From: Heterodontus francisci
Taxonomy: Eukaryota
Direction: 5' to 3'
Assembly (NCBI RefSeq): GCF_036365525.1
Contig: NC_090396.1
Coordinates: 22,420,283-22,484,282 of the forward strand
DNA: 64,000 nt
Shown here: piece by piece, positions 1-11,607 of the stretch
Layout: every line of letters begins with the position of its first letter
Numbering within the stretch: the first letter of the stretch is position 1
Position numbers and translations under genes: made by a program
Notes under the pieces: generated by a model
Database searches by the model: none
The model's input: only the letters and a program-made list of their open reading frames with translations
Told to the model about the DNA's origin: nothing

Positions 1-315
1 TAGACTCTCTAGCCAGGGGAAACGGCTTTGCAGAACCTACTTTGTTAAGCCCTCTCAGAATCTTATATGTTTCAATGAGATCACTTCTCGTTCTTCTAAA
101 CTCCAGAGACCATTCTACTCATTCTCTCCTGATGGAACAGTCATCTCATCCCAGGCATCAAACTAGTGAACCTTTGTTGCACTCCTTCTGAGGCAAGTAT
201 ATCCTTCCTTGGATAAGGAGATCAAAACTTTACACAGTACTTCAGATGTGGTCTCACCAAAGTCCTATACAATTGCAGCAAGACTTCTTTACTCTTGTAC
301 TCTAGTCCCCTTACT
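1..315 (-). mobile_element. CR1-type LINE fragment (ORF2 C-terminal region), decayed
   Basis: Minus strand resembles the CR1 ORF2 stretch ...LVRPHLEYCV.FWSPY... seen intact at 48503-49444; runs off the window start. Confidence 0.8.
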
Positions 316-499
316 CTTGTATTCATACATCAGATCAGCATGGGTGCCACTTATGATGCTTTACCTTGGATCTCAGATGAGGACCAAGATGAGCAGCAAC
401 AGCACTAACAGCAGGGGGACCAGTAACAGGATGAACAGCAGCCTTCTCCTTAGAGACCTGCCACTCCACAGGAAAAAAGGGAGAGACACAGAGGTGCAG

Positions 500-1345
500 C
501 TCACAGGAGACCATATACGCATATATTGGCAGTGGATCAACTTCCACGACATGTGTGAAACCAGTTCCTGAGGAGGCTCAGTTTATTGTGTAAGGTCATC
601 ACAGACATTTGCAGCCTGTTGGAAAAAGTCCTGCTGCCTGCTGGACCTGGTTACCATGCTTTGCCAGTGGCTGTCAAAGTGACCAATGCCCTCAACTTCT
701 TTACTTCAGGCTCATTTCAGGAATATGCAGAAGATATTTGCAGAATATTGCAATTGAACGCCCACAAATGCATCACACAGGTGTCCAGTGCCATGTTCAT
801 CAGGACTGGCAGTTCTCCACTTTTTCAGTGATGATGCCAGTCAATATGAGCGGGCGCTTAGGTTTGTGGCTATGGCTAGCTTCCCACTGGTGCAGGGTGT
901 CATCGACTGCAGACACATGGTAATCAGGGCATCAGGGCACCCCCAGACCACCCAGCAGTCTTCCTGAACGACTCCATCAATGTGCAGTTCATGTACATCA
1001 CCATACAGGTTTGTGCAAGATTCTCAGGGAGCTGTCATGGTTCATTTGCCCTGTGTTAATCTTCCCTCTCTGGGCTCTTTGGACCTAGCAATAACCTTAC
1101 TGCTTGGCTCCTTGGGGATGAGGGCTACCCACTTAAAATGTGGCCAATGACACTATTGAGGAGCATGAACAATGAGACCCAAGAAGCGCCACAATCAAAG
1201 CCACATGGTGACAAGATGTGTAATAGAGTAAGCCAGTGTGTCAAGTGTGATTGTGGTGTGTGCTCTGCACAATGTAGCGCAGCAGCAAGATTTGGGGCTG
1301 CAGGAAGACCAAGGTTCGGAAAGCACATTGCCTCTTCACATTACA
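500..1345 (+). pseudogene. Harbinger (HARBI1-like) DDE transposase, frameshifted and with deletions
   Basis: Motifs across frames: ALPVAVKVTNALNFFTSGSFQ (ORF 586-831), FPLVQGVIDCRH (~880-915), SINVQ, VCARFSGSCHGSF (~1010-1047), WLLGDEGYPL (~1105-1135), ALHNVA (~1262-1280). Confidence 0.85.
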
Positions 1346-1706
1346 ACGTGATGTGGCCATGGCACCAGCAGTGGCACAGCTTGCTGCCCAGGTGACCTCA
1401 TAATGGCACAGTTTGGTTAGGTTACACCAGTGCATCCATCTGGCAGCAACATGCTAAACTCACTTGGTTTCCCCCCAATCCCCAACACACAAAGTCCTGT
1501 AATCAACAAAGTGTCCCTTTCACAGACACTCATTGCTCAGCTTCAAGTCTTCATCACAAGTGAGAACGCCATTTGCTACGAAGCAGTCAAAAATGTGCAG
1601 GATGGGAAAGTGGTGTAAACAATTTTTATGTGACTCAAAAAACCCCAGAAGTTTAACAATCCATGTGCATCCATGTGCATACCCTCAGCCAACCACAAAT
1701 CTTTAC

Positions 1707-1970
1707 CTTCAACTTTTGTCATTTAACCTCTCTTGCCTTCCACCCTATAACAGACCTTGCCTTTTGTTCTTCCACCCACTGTCCCTTTTGCTCACCTCTG
1801 TACTTGCTTAAAACCTGTTACATCTATAACTTTTCCAGTTCTGATGAAAGGTCATCGACCTGAAACATTAACTGTGTTTCTCTCCACAGATGCTGCCAGA
1901 CAGCTGAGTATTTCCAGCATTTTCTGTTTTTAATTTCAGTTTTCCAGCACCTGCAGTATTTTGCTTTTGT
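1707..1970 (+). mobile_element. Penelope-like element 3' remnant with a hammerhead motif, inserted in the Harbinger
   Basis: 12-bp TSD acaaatctttac (1695-1706 / 1971-1982); contains ctgatgaaaggtcatcgacctgaaac and the cacagatgctgccagac...ccagcattttctgttttt tail repeated elsewhere in the window. Confidence 0.75.
1836..1874 (+). ncRNA. Minimal type I hammerhead ribozyme-like motif
   Basis: Stem I CAGTT/AACTG, core CTGATGA plus one extra A, stem II AGGTC-atc-GACCT, then GAAAC. Stem III reads AC/AT here versus AC/GT in the 29.2-kb copy. Confidence 0.6.
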
Positions 1971-1999
1971 ACAAATCTTTACTCTTTCTTTTCTGCTGC

Positions 2000-3700
2000 T
2001 CCTACATGGTGCAACCCCTATGGCTTCAGCAGAGGTAGAGACAGGCTGCTCAGATCCCTGCTCTGACAGCTGAGGTGCCTTGGCCAACATCCTCTGGGCT
2101 TTGGAGCCTGTGGGAGCCCTGCTGTTCCACCTGCACCTGTGCAGGGGCAGACTCGGCCATTGTGGGAGGAGACAGCATGTGGGCTACTGACTGACTGGGG
2201 TGTGTGCTGGGGCAAGGGGTTCAAAGTGGAAGCGCTTTAAGCAGACTCCCCACTTCCATGTCTCCTTTCTCCATTTTCCCTCTCATGGCCCATTCACACA
2301 TTCCTACAAACAATGAGCTGGACAGCAATAAAGACCAAGGCTAGGTTTTGATCTGCCCTCTTTAAGGCGGCATTCAGAGTGTACAGGCCTTTGGTGAGGG
2401 CCAGCATGCACTTGTTGGAATTCCATGTCTGATGCTCCTTGCTGGTGACCACTCTTTCTGTGGAGGTAGACCTCAAAGCAAAGGCCTGCAACATTATGAC
2501 ACATGAGATGAATTCCTCCAATCTCTCCTAGCATGCACAGTGCTGCTGGAAAGCCTGGCAGTACCTCTCACATTTTTTGCTGCTGCTCCAGAATTATCCT
2601 CTTTGTTGATGGTCCCCGAGGTACAGCATCTTCATCCAACTGAGCAGAGCTTGGAGTGTCTTGCATTCTCCAACTGGGACTCCACTGCTATCCCTGACTC
2701 CACCTGCACACTTGTGATCTGTGAGTCATCAGGTGAAAACCCAATTATCTATTTTACCCATCCCAGGAAGTGTGAGTATCTGAGCTGGTACATGGTCTGC
2801 ATGAGTCCTGTGACGGTGTACCCTCAGAGTGCGCGGCGTCCTCTGAGGAGTCTTCGTCCTCCTCCTACATCACCTCCTGCGGGACACTTGATGGGCCTGT
2901 GGGAGATTGAAGACATGAATTGGAACTGTCAAGGTTAGACAGATGTTAAGTGAACATGACTGATGACATCAAGTCAACATGAGTGAATGGTGTATGCCAT
3001 GTGGCTCTATGATATTGAATACTGCTACCACATAGCTGGGAGGCTACCATCTCTCCATCTCTGAGGGGCAGGCATGCTTAGACTCCAATGCCTCCTCCTC
3101 TGCACTGTCAGTATGGAGATGGCTGGAAGGCCACCTCTGGTTCTCTGCCTTGCCCTGCTGTCCTATGTTCTGTTCTCCTGCAACAAAGGAAAGAAGAGAT
3201 CCATGAATGAGAGAAATGGAATATGGCCAACAGATGGATGGATGGACATTTGTTACGATGGTATTGCATTAAGGTGAGTGTCAGTGGTGGATGGCCAGGT
3301 GAAGTTGTGAGGAGGTGCATGGACAGAGAGGGATGGATGCAAGTGTAAGGTAAGTTTGTTTGAGGAGTGCTGTGCAGGAGTAGGCTTGGGAAGGCAGAAT
3401 GAGGATGGTTGGGGTGATATGCACATCAAGACATAGTTGAATGTGCTATTATAGTTGCCTTTCCTGCCCCAATTAGGTCACTAAACTGTTTCCAGCACTG
3501 TATCCAGGAACTTGGCACCATACTCCTGTTGTTAACCTGCTCAGTGATCTCCAGCCACACCTTGCTCTGTGAGGCAGGCATTTTCCTGCCATCGGCAGGA
3601 AAGACTGTCTCCCTGCAGGCCCTTACACACCGCAGCATCAGGTATAGAGAGGCATCTGTGAACCAAAGTGCAGCCTTGCCACATTGGGAATCCATTAATG
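2000..3700 (-). pseudogene. Harbinger Myb/SANT-like (trihelix) DNA-binding protein gene, multi-exon, decayed
   Basis: ORF 3426-3695 FTDASL...VFPADGRK...WLEITEQV...WIQCWKQFSDL fits the Myb/SANT-like domain. A second exon near 3030-3178 follows a ttgcag acceptor and reads ENRT*DSRARQRTRGG. The downstream limit is approximate. Confidence 0.75.
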
Positions 3701-3984
3701 CAGTTGCTTCCTCTGTTCTGCCACCCGCTCAATCCTTCACCTGTCATTTTCCCAGTTCTCCATTAAGTGGTCTATCACACCCACTCGCACTATATGATTG
3801 TGAAACCCAGAAGTCAGAGCCAAGTGCAATGGCTTAAATGATTTAAAAAGCCACTGATACAGGTACTGCGGATAGCATGTGGGGAACCCAGAGGTATCAG
3901 TCTGCCCTGCTCCTGACATATCAAGGCATTAAAATTCCCCCAAAAGTCTACAGGGAAGATCTTTGACTTTGTGCGAGTCAGCAG

Positions 3985-4137
3985 CCCATTTAACATCTCT
4001 CCTCATTTCTAGTTCCATTGACTGCAATGGAGGGGGGGTGGTGTTGGGGGAGATGTAAAAATGGGTTGCTGAATCAACGGGTCTCATTTTTACTCATTCA
4101 AAACCCATTCACTTGCACAGAGTTAAAATTGGGCCCA
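3985..4137. mobile_element. Short MITE-like repeat (gttaaaatt-ended family)
   Basis: Ends gagttaaaattgggccc and has an internal ccattgactgcaatgg hairpin; related pieces at 5653-5802, 31420-31560 and 45440-45620. Confidence 0.5.
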
Positions 4138-4889
4138 TTATCACCATACTGTACAATCACACAAAGTCAAAGGCAAAGATTTACCCCTACGTTCTTGTGG
4201 GAGGTGTGAGGGTGTGAGTGTGAGTATCTGTGAAGGCGCTGAGTCTAATGTAACCTTAATGCACATCTCGACCAGAAATGTGTGTCGTTTTAAGAGAAAT
4301 CTTTGCTTTCCTGCATCAGGTTGACAGGTGGGCATTTTGCCAGATGGGGAAATTGTCTTGCTCTTGTCTGGCATCTAATAACGCTGGTAGTGGGAAAGGA
4401 AATATCTCTGTGATATGAGCTTGTCAGTTTTGTCAGGTGTTTTCAACCAGTAATTTTAGAGAAATTCTCATTTCCTCTTCAGTAGTTGGCAGGTAAGAAA
4501 CTGTTTTTTTTGTTCAGTGTCAATTTTGTTTGTTTCACATTGATTTTCTTTTAAATCACATCCGACCCCTGCAACCAAACTTGAATACTTTCCTCAGGAA
4601 AGGGCCTTACACTTCAGTTGAAAATTCCACATGGAACCAAGTCATAAGTTTTTACAACTGTGTAGATGTGTCCTTATGAACCTACAAAGATAGGAAAAGA
4701 TGGATTGGAAAAGACCACCTGGTCTATTCAATCTGTCCCAGGCAGGAAGCAACAAAGCTCTCAGTAGAAGGAAGCTCAAAAAGAAATTCAAATATATCAG
4801 TATTGTATATAACATGCTGCCATTTATTTTTCATTTTCATTAATATACTTTCCACCGCCCCCACCCCACCTCCCCATTTTTTCCCTATT

Positions 4890-5150
4890 ATATAACCATA
4901 AAACGATCCAGCATGAAAGGAGCTTATTTGGCTGATCGTGCCAATGCCTGCTTTTGGAAAGAGATATCCAATTATTCCCACTCCCTGCCCTTTTCCCAAA
5001 ACCCTGCAATTTTTTCCTCTTCATGTCCAATTCCCTTTTCAAAGTTATTACTGAATTTGCTTCCACTTCCCTTTCAGGCAGTGAATTTCAGATCACAATA
5101 ACTTGCCACATAAAACAAAGTCCTCCTCAACTTGCCTCTGATTTTTTGCC
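4890..5150 (-). mobile_element. CR1 LINE 3' end fragment
   Basis: Similar to the 3' ends of other CR1 copies in the window (ccctttcaggcagtg..ttccaga). Confidence 0.7.
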
Positions 5151-5652
5151 AATTACCTCAAAAGTTGTTTTCCTACTTTTTCAGTCCCGGACACCATTTC
5201 CAGGGTATGAAGGGGACCAGCGAGGGATGGAAGTTTGTAGGTTGGTCACAGGCACCATCCCTGGGTTTGTAGGTAGCGATGGCAAATCTTTAAAGGGGCA
5301 GTGGAGCTGTGGGACATGTTCCCCAAGGTCTTTGTCAACCTCTGAGGTCAAAGGCCCTTCCTAGATTGGATAATGGTGGAGCGAGGGGGGCCTGATTTCT
5401 GTTATGTGTCCTTATTTGGTCAGAATGGGGACAGTAAATTGTCGCTCTGTTTCCCATTCACTCTCCTGGTCCTTTGGATGAGGTACAGCCTGTTAACTGA
5501 GCCATGACTGGCCAGCAAATATTAATCACTTCCACTACTAATAATGTCCATTAGGTTAAACTGCGATGGCCACACTGATGATAAAACTCACCATCAGCGT
5601 GGATAAAGTCGGCCTGTTTGGAGATCCTCTTTCCTGACTTTTGAAAGACCAA

Positions 5653-5802
5653 GGGGGCAATTTTAACCTACCTCAATGGGCAAAAGATCCATGGGTTTCA
5701 CTTCCCACCCTTTATTACTTTCAGTTGATTTCGATGGATGGGGTGTAAACTAACATTACACGTGATCCCAGTTTCTGGACAAGTGGGTTAGGTTAAAATT
5801 GG
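5653..5802. mobile_element. Short MITE
   Basis: Inverted ends caattttaaccta / taggttaaaattg. Confidence 0.6.
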
Positions 5803-6077
5803 TAACCCCTCCCCAACTCCCCCCCCCCCCCCCCCCCCGTCTCTGCCACTCTGCACAAACTGAAAAAGAGCAGCAAATCCTATTGGTAGGAAAAAGTAGC
5901 TACTACTGACACACGCCAAACTATCACATTTATGTCAGCAGATGGTCTGTACATTCTTGGCTGGTCGAGTATTCAGGGAGGTTGTTGCCAGCACTGTATT
6001 CTGTCGAGCTGATGCCTGGGTGTCTTATCTAACAACGCCGTTGGCTTGTTGTGTACTCAGTTAAGCTCTTGGCTAAT

Positions 6078-6176
6078 AAAAATAGGAGATACTGGAAATA
6101 CTCAGCAGGTCTGGCAGCATCTGTGGAGAAAGAAACACAGTTAATGTTTCAGGTCGATGACCTTTCACCAGAACTG
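6078..6176 (-). mobile_element. Penelope-like remnant with a mutated hammerhead motif
   Basis: Near-TSD gctcttggctaat (6065-6077) / gctcttgctaat (6177-6188); the minus strand reads cagttCTGGTGAaaggtcatcgacctGAAAcattaactg (6138-6176). Confidence 0.75.
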
Positions 6177-7029
6177 GCTCTTGCTAATTCCACTTTCTTG
6201 GTCTAGCTTCTGAAAGGCTTTTGGCCGGCTCTGCATTCTTAGAAGCCCCTTCGCTACGTCTGAATTCTATATTATTCTACTCTCTCACCAGCCAGTTACT
6301 GTTGTCCATTGTTCAAAAGAAGAATCATAATTTAAAATCAATAAGGTTATTAGATCACATTACCATAAATGGGATATCTATTTCCATATAATGGATTCTC
6401 TTTGTATTACAAAAATGTCACAGGAAATCTTGCTGCTGACGTATTTGACTCTTCTCACTGTGGATGAACTGTGCAGTTAAAAGGTGCTAAAGGGTTCCTA
6501 TGTTATATTCAGAGAATTAATTGCTTCCAGGGTCACATTATTGGCTAATGTAAGAATTCTGTTGTCATATGCATGGAACGTTTGATGACCTCTTTTTAAA
6601 ATGAAAAATGTTTTACTTGTAATCAGGTAGGTGAGTGTTGCTCCATTTCGGACAGCTTGATCTATATTTTGCTAGCTCCCTGCAGGTTGACCTAATTTTT
6701 CTGGCTAGGCTTTGTATAGGAGATTTACGCAATGGACCCGATACTTTATCTATCTAACCCCACCTGACCCATAAAAGCACAAAATAAATCAATAATGGAA
6801 AGCAATGCAGTTTAAAAAAAACTTGGGATAGGAAACTGCGAATACTAAAAATCTGCATTAACATCCAAAACGCAGAGCAGCTCAACTGGATAAAAAAGGA
6901 CAGGTTAATATTGCAGACAGGACACTTCTGAAGAAGTCTGGGGGCCTCGAATGGGCAGGCCTTTTACTCATTTCTCCAAGCAGGTGCATTCACCTTTAAT
7001 GAGGGCTGCGACCGTAAACCAGCGTGGGG

Positions 7030-7394
7030 TGGGGTTGCCAACTCTGGTCGGACGTATTATTGGAGGTTTTATCACATGCCCTCCAACATTCTATTCATTG
7101 CTCACCTGATGCTTCCAACTCAGTGGCACCCCCACATTCCCATACCAAGTGTAAAGCCAACAGACTTTCCCTTCACCGATTGGATTATTCTTAACTGTCA
7201 GTGGAACAGCTAGTTTACCCATCTCCAATATTTCTACGCCTAACAAATGAAAGTGTTAATGAAAATGAAAGCAACATACCAATTACTGAAATGCCCCTAT
7301 GATTTTTTTCCTGCTTTTGCTAACAGCAGTGTCCTGGAGATTAATCTTTAATTCCTGGAGACTCCAATACAGTCCTGAAGGGTTGGCAATCCTA
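7030..7394. mobile_element. Non-autonomous DNA transposon / MITE
   Basis: Terminal inverted repeats tggggttgccaac / gttggcaatccta; a related fragment lies near 10692-10745. Confidence 0.65.
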
Positions 7395-8151
7395 GGCAGG
7401 ACAGAGGGAGCCTGATCCCAGGAAATCACATCACCAGCAAAGTAAGGAATGCACACCTTAACATCTGTCCTTGTCAGGGACATCACTGGAACAGACCAGA
7501 AGGAAAGAGCCTGGATTGTTGCGGAGACAGGATATTTGATATTCGTTTTTTCAATGCCAAATGGTATATTTTTAATAATGTTTATCTTACATAGACTTGG
7601 TCCAGGTTGGTAAATATTTTGAACATTTTTTGTTGTCTTTTCCCCTCAGGAAAAAAACCCTTCCATTTTATCTTGTTTGCCTACCTCATAACAGTAACTG
7701 TACTGTAACAAAAGCAACATTTTAATCCTACATCAAATATTTCTCTATTTTGTGTCATAATACATTTAAGCCTCCACTTGGCCAATGGGGATAGGAGCCC
7801 AACTATCTGTAATAGGTTCTAGGCTCAGTATATGGTCTACGGTATGGTCTTGTGATGGATGATGGATATTTGAGATGTAGACTCCATGCTAATCCGACAT
7901 GACAGTGCTCTCCATGTTAAAGTATGCAAGCTTACAGACAAATACATTACATCCTAGGTGTCTGGTCCATTGAGGGCTTTGTTCTATATGGAGTTCAGGT
8001 AGGTAGATTGTTTAAAAGCATTAAAAGGTTTGCAAGAACTGGTCAAGATGTTCAGCAGGTACCATCAGCAAATAGACTATTTCTGAAGTTACTTTCACAT
8101 CAAACAAAGCATATATTATGAAAGCAGATTGCCTAGACTAGCTTGTATTCC

Positions 8152-8485
8152 CTTTTTTATTCTTTCATGGGATGTGGGCGTCGCTGGCAAGGCCAGCATT
8201 TGTTGCCCAATCCTAATTGCCCTTGAGAAGGTGGTGGCGAGCCACTTTCTTGAACCACTGCAGTACATTTGGTGTAGGGTTGTTGTTGCTGTTAGGTAGG
8301 GGTTCCAGGTTTTTGATCCAGCGACAGTGAAGGCATGACAATATAGTTCCAAGTCAGGATGGTATGTGGCTTGGAGGGAAACTTGCAGGTGGTGGTGTTC
8401 CCATGCATCTGCTGCCCTTGTCCTTCTAGGTGGTAGAGGTCATGGGTTTGGAAGGTGCTGTCGAAGGAGCCTTGGTGAGTTGCTG
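8152..8485 (-). mobile_element. CR1-group LINE family B (L2/Crack-like), 3' end
   Basis: Reverse complement of the gggcaattagggatgggcaa...cacatcccatgaa tail seen in many copies. Confidence 0.8.
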
Positions 8486-8542
8486 AGTATGGAAGATTAT
8501 GGAGTGATCTCTTTGAGGTGCTTAAGATGATTTGATTGGATA

Positions 8543-8870
8543 GGGTGGCACAGTGGTTGGTACCGCAGCCTCACAGCTCCAGTGATCCAGGTTCAGTTCT
8601 GAGTACTGCCTGTGTGGAGTTTGCAAGTTCTCCCTGTGACTGCCTGGGTTTCTGCCAGGTGCTCTGGTTTCCTCCCACAGCCAAAGACTTGCAGGTTGAT
8701 AGGTAAATTGGTCATAGTAAATTGCCCCTAGTGTCGGTAGGTGGTCGGAGAATGGTGGGGATGTGGTAGGGAAAATGGGATTAATGTAGGATTAGTATAA
8801 ATGGGTGGTTGTTGGTCAGCACAGACTCAGTGGGCCAAAGGGCCTGTTTCAGTGCTGCATCATTCTATGA
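8543..8870 (+). mobile_element. HE1-type V-SINE
   Basis: tRNA-like head (ggtggcacagtggtt...caggttcagttc), V-domain gtgtggagtttgcaagttctccc...ggtttcctcccaca, CR1-like tail. Confidence 0.85.
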
Positions 8871-9638
8871 GATAGATAGAAGCCATTTCCTCTGGTGTTG
8901 GAGTCTAAAAGAAGTGGGCATAACCTTAAAATTAAAACAAGGTCACTCAGGGGTGATATCAGGAAGTACCTCTTCATATAAAGGGTGGTAGAAATCTGGA
9001 ACTCTCTCTCCCAAGAAGCTGTTGAAACTGAGATTGATCAATTTTGGTTATGCAAGTGTCTTAAGAGTTATGGAATCAAGACAGGTAGATGGAGTTAAGA
9101 TACAGATCAACCATGATCAAACTGAACGGTGGAAGAAGCTCGAGGGGCTGAATGGCCTACTCTTGTTCCTAAAGAGGACCCAAAATATCTTATGTTTCAG
9201 CTTGTTGTTTTGAGTTCTCTGCTTTGCAATTCTTCAAACAATTGGAGAGGGCTAGCAGAAACTGTAAAAGGTCAGCTTACCACACAATGTCCACGAGTGA
9301 CTCAGATGCAAATGATTGGAAAAAAATTTGCAAGAATTCTATACTGTCTTTGCTTCACAACAGTTTATGTATTGTGTAAATGAAATAACGTACAATTAAT
9401 TTCCTTCTGTCTTTCTGCTTCTGTAACATTCTCCTACTTGTAAATAAATCTGACTGCTAGTTTTAGCCAGAATGCAGCGAGCTGACAATATGACTTTCAG
9501 AGCAAATATTGTAATTTGGTGGAAATCCCATATAGTTTGCGATCCGTTCGGTGGGAATTAAAGGGAAATCATTAGTCGTGTAGCATATCAACCCATTCAT
9601 TCAAAGGGTATGGATTTTGTTTAAAAGAAGACTTGAAA

Positions 9639-9946
9639 GGGCTGAATTTTACACCGCCCCATGGGTCAGATGGTGGCATGGGGGTGGCGTAAGATTGCGC
9701 AGGAGGCTCTGGGAGGCCTTCCCGCCCCGCTCCCGCTTCCGGCCAACTTTACGGCGGTTGGTGGGAGGGAAACGGGCCGCCCGCCCTCCCCAGGCCAATC
9801 AAGGCCCTTAAGTGGCCACTTCGGGACAATTAAAGCCCGGGGATTCGTAAAATGCGGGTCGGATTTCTGGGCTAGGTGGAAGCGGGTTCACCACTGACTT
9901 TTATGTCGGTGGCAAAGTCCCATCCACCAATGGTAAAACCCAGCCC
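9639..9946. mobile_element. GC-rich Harbinger-type MITE
   Basis: TIRs gggctgaattttac / gtaaaacccagccc (12 of 14 match). Confidence 0.75.
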
Positions 9947-10907
9947 TGTATTGTGGAAACTGGCGTTTTGCTGCAAACAAAACTTAAAACTGTTGCGAGA
10001 AATCCCAAACTAACATGCACGCCAAATGAAATGCATTGTGTGAATCACCTAGAAACATTTCAAAATGATAAGGCTGTACAGAGATAAAACCATCTCTTTT
10101 GTTTGAGTATATCAACGCCATCTCCATTTAGTGAACAGTGAGTTTCTCAGGTTAATAATCCACATTTGAATTATGTATATTTTGCTGTTTATTTAATTGG
10201 CCTACTTACAATGTAATGTAGTTTATTTAATCCAAGACCTTTTTCTAGATATGATTCTATACCTTTTGTAATAAGCTTCCTATTGGCAGAAGGCCATATC
10301 TATTCCAATGCATTTTTAATGAATCACTGTATCATGATAAGAGAATGTGTGTCTTGTGATCAGCATGAATTCTTTGTCTACTGGAAAATTAGTCAATTTT
10401 GATCAAATAAAATAAATCTCTGGGTTCTTAGTCACATCTGTAATTCCTGCTGGACAGTAGGGAGGATTGTCTCCACCCATCCTCATGCATGTTATAAAGG
10501 AAGCAGAGAAGGCCGAGGTTATTCAGGTTTCTCCAACAGGGCACAACCAGCTGGGATTTCCTCAGTGCTGAAGTTAGATGGGGCAGGATTTCTGATCATT
10601 GGCTTTGCTATATCCCCACATGGAAACATTAAACTGCTTCTGGTCTTCCTCGGACATTCATGCCGTCTCAGAAGAAAAATGGTGCTTCAAATTTGGAGTT
10701 GCCAGTACTCCAGGATTATACTGGAGGCTCCAGGAATTGCTACGGGCAAACCTAGAAGTCAAAATCGTAGCGGCATTTTCAAAATTATTTTGACAACACT
10801 CCTCATACATTAGTTACAGAAAGATTGGAATTCAGAAAACATGGCCATGTGAGACATCGCTGGCCATTTGTTCATAGTAGAAAGAAATATAATTATTCCG
10901 GAAATCC

Positions 10908-11473
10908 AGGCCAATTTTTACGGTGAGGTGGGAAGGGTGCTGGTGAAGCTGAAAAGTTAGGCAAGGCCAGCGATGTGGAAGTCCTGCTGACCTCAATGGC
11001 AGGAACTCATTAGCATTTTGTAGCTCTGCCTCCTGCCTGGCAGCCAGCCAAATGGACAGTCGGCCAGCAGGCAGAAGGCAACATCAGCGATGGGAGGCCA
11101 CAATCGGAGACCCTTGAGGACAGTGCTCAGGAAGGGTTAGGCCAGCAATTGGGAGGTGAGGGGAGGCCTGCGATCATGAGTCTGGTGGTGGGGAGAGGCT
11201 GGAGATCAGGGCTAGGGAAGGCTGTAGGCTTCCTTGAGAGGTCTTGGGGTTGCACTCTTGCTCCTTCTGGCACACAAGGAGAGCTGAAAGAGGGACTTAC
11301 CTTGGGGAGCCTCAGTTTCACTTCCGAGTTTCCATCCACTGGTTTGCACGGTGGCAGCTTGATTTAAATACGTTATTTAGGTGTCGCACTGTGCCCCAAT
11401 ATCAGTTGCCATGCAGCGCATGCATAGGCAGCACGCACTCTCACTTGTTGTGGGGGTTAAATATCGAGGCCCC
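10908..11473. mobile_element. GC-rich Harbinger-type MITE, decayed
   Basis: Degenerate ends ggccaatttttac / gttaaatatcgaggccc and a GC-rich interior like the other MITEs. Confidence 0.5.
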
Positions 11474-11607
11474 AGAATGTCATGAATGTAAGCCAACAGT
11501 TTAATCAATCTGGGGTATCATGATAAGAGAGCTAAATATACAAGTTTGCCAATAACACAAAGATAGGTGATTTAGTAAATAGTGTAGACGGGGGCATAAA
11601 ATTATAG

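Larger units (their letters stand above)
330..3941. mobile_element. Decayed PIF/Harbinger DNA transposon with convergent transposase and Myb/SANT genes
   Basis: Plus-strand DDE transposase remnants and a minus-strand Myb/SANT-like gene, the two-gene layout of Harbinger elements. Ends approximate; possible terminal 'aaaattccccc' near 3930-3940. Confidence 0.8.
8112..9175 (+). mobile_element. CR1 3' fragment interrupted by a family-B LINE tail and an HE1 SINE
   Basis: CR1-like sequence (gcttgtattcc|tgagtatggaagatta...; 3' tail gaggggctgaatggcctactcttgttcct) resumes across both inserts. Confidence 0.7.

Noticed and set aside
5818-5838. Poly-C run as a functional G-quadruplex element
   Set aside because: A simple homopolymer next to a MITE end; no evidence of function.
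8543-8605. tRNA gene (also at 59355, 59471, 61253, 61721)
   Set aside because: The A/B-box-like heads continue into SINE bodies and tails; no complete cloverleaf.
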